A model generated the notes under the pieces. The model was not told the origin of the DNA and did no database searches. It was given only the letters and a program-made list of their open reading frames with translations. Below, piece by piece: positions 63,621-64,000 of a DNA stretch of 64,000 bases. Numbering within the stretch: position 1 is the stretch's first letter; each line of letters opens with the position of its first letter. The position numbers and the translations under genes were made by a program. The stretch comes from Clostridia bacterium (GTDB lineage: Bacteria; Bacillota; Clostridia; Oscillospirales; Acutalibacteraceae), in the NCBI GenBank assembly GCA_017403265.1, contig JAFQOJ010000017.1, forward strand, positions 1,196-65,195, given 5' to 3'.

Positions 63621-64000
63621 TTGGATTGCGTACAATTTTTTGAACAGATAAAGGGCAAAAAAATCGCTATGTGCGGTGTTGGTGTTAGTAACACTCCGCT
63701 TATTATGAACTTTTTAAATAAGGGTGCTAGAGTTTTTGCTTGCGACCGCAGAAGCCGCGAGATGTTAGGCGAAATTGCCGATAAATTAGAAAGTGCAGGC
63801 GCCGAGCTTCGATTGGGAGATGGCTATCTTGATAATTTAGAGGTTGATATAATCTTCCGCACCCCAGGTATGAATTTCCATTTAGAAGAGCTTGATGCCG
63901 CTCGCAAAAAGGGTATTGCAGTTACAAGCGAAATGGAAGTATTTTTCGATTTATGCCCTGCTACAATATTTGCAGTAACCGGTTCTGACGGAAAAACCAC
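63621..64000 (+). CDS. murD: UDP-N-acetylmuramoylalanine--D-glutamate ligase, 5' part (runs off window)
   Basis: TTG start after a GGGGG SD. N-terminal Rossmann motif (KIAMCGVGVSN) and P-loop TGSDGKT at the window end. Absent from the ORF track because no stop codon lies in the window. Confidence 0.85.
   Translation, partial: MDCVQFFEQIKGKKIAMCGVGVSNTPLIMNFLNKGARVFACDRRSREMLGEIADKLESAGAELRLGDGYLDNLEVDIIFRTPGMNFHLEELDAARKKGIAVTSEMEVFFDLCPATIFAVTGSDGKT

Overview
This is a chromosomal, largely core-genome segment of an endospore-forming member of the Clostridia. That call rests on gene content: dpaAB, a complete spoIIIAA-AH operon, spoIIGA-sigE, a GerA-type receptor operon and a SleC-like enzyme. 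The window holds about 60 protein genes and one tRNA-Lys(UUU). Gene order, with | marking strand blocks: partial EF-G paralog, ABC-F ATPase, trigger-factor-like lipoprotein, prfB, prmA, alaX, murC | cca, dpaA, dpaB, mntP, spoIIIAA-AH | two tandem TIM-barrel paralogs | asp23, cysK, four-helix-bundle protein, tRNA-Lys, DUF1294, acetyltransferase, sigE-spoIIGA, htrA-HK-RR, Zn-ribbon protein plus SigH-like sigma factor | amidase, yhaM, DUF1858, trmK, rqcH, TIM-barrel protein, Wzz/BY-kinase/phosphatase, pgeF | gerA-type operon, VanY-like peptidase, lepA, EamA transporter | pyrC-carB-pyrK(frameshifted)-pyrD-pyrF-pyrE-pyrB-pyrI | a 1066-aa triple glycosyltransferase fusion plus a CMP-sugar-synthetase-like gene | mutarotase-like, SleC-like, mrp, hypothetical, murD (partial). 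I found no transposase, integrase, phage, CRISPR-cas, toxin-antitoxin or recognisable defence genes, so I cannot point to a clear novel multi-gene system. The most unusual signals are: (1) a 176-nt array next to tRNA-Lys in which seven copies of a 10-nt motif (GATTACATAC or its complement) alternate with seven different short hairpins, directly upstream of an orphan Avd/IVS-type four-helix-bundle gene; (2) a second hairpin cluster carrying Spo0A-box-like TGTCGAA motifs between pgeF and the ger operon; (3) a pyr operon with a terminator-containing leader plus an 18-bp long-range inverted repeat, no adjacent carA, a frameshifted pyrK, and a 21-nt motif repeated in two intercistronic gaps; (4) a sialyltransferase-like/GT2/GT32-like fusion protein paired with a nonulosonic-acid-type cytidylyltransferase but no sugar synthase; (5) an EF-G paralog with degenerate GTPase motifs. 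All functional calls come from motif recognition by eye. No database search was run.
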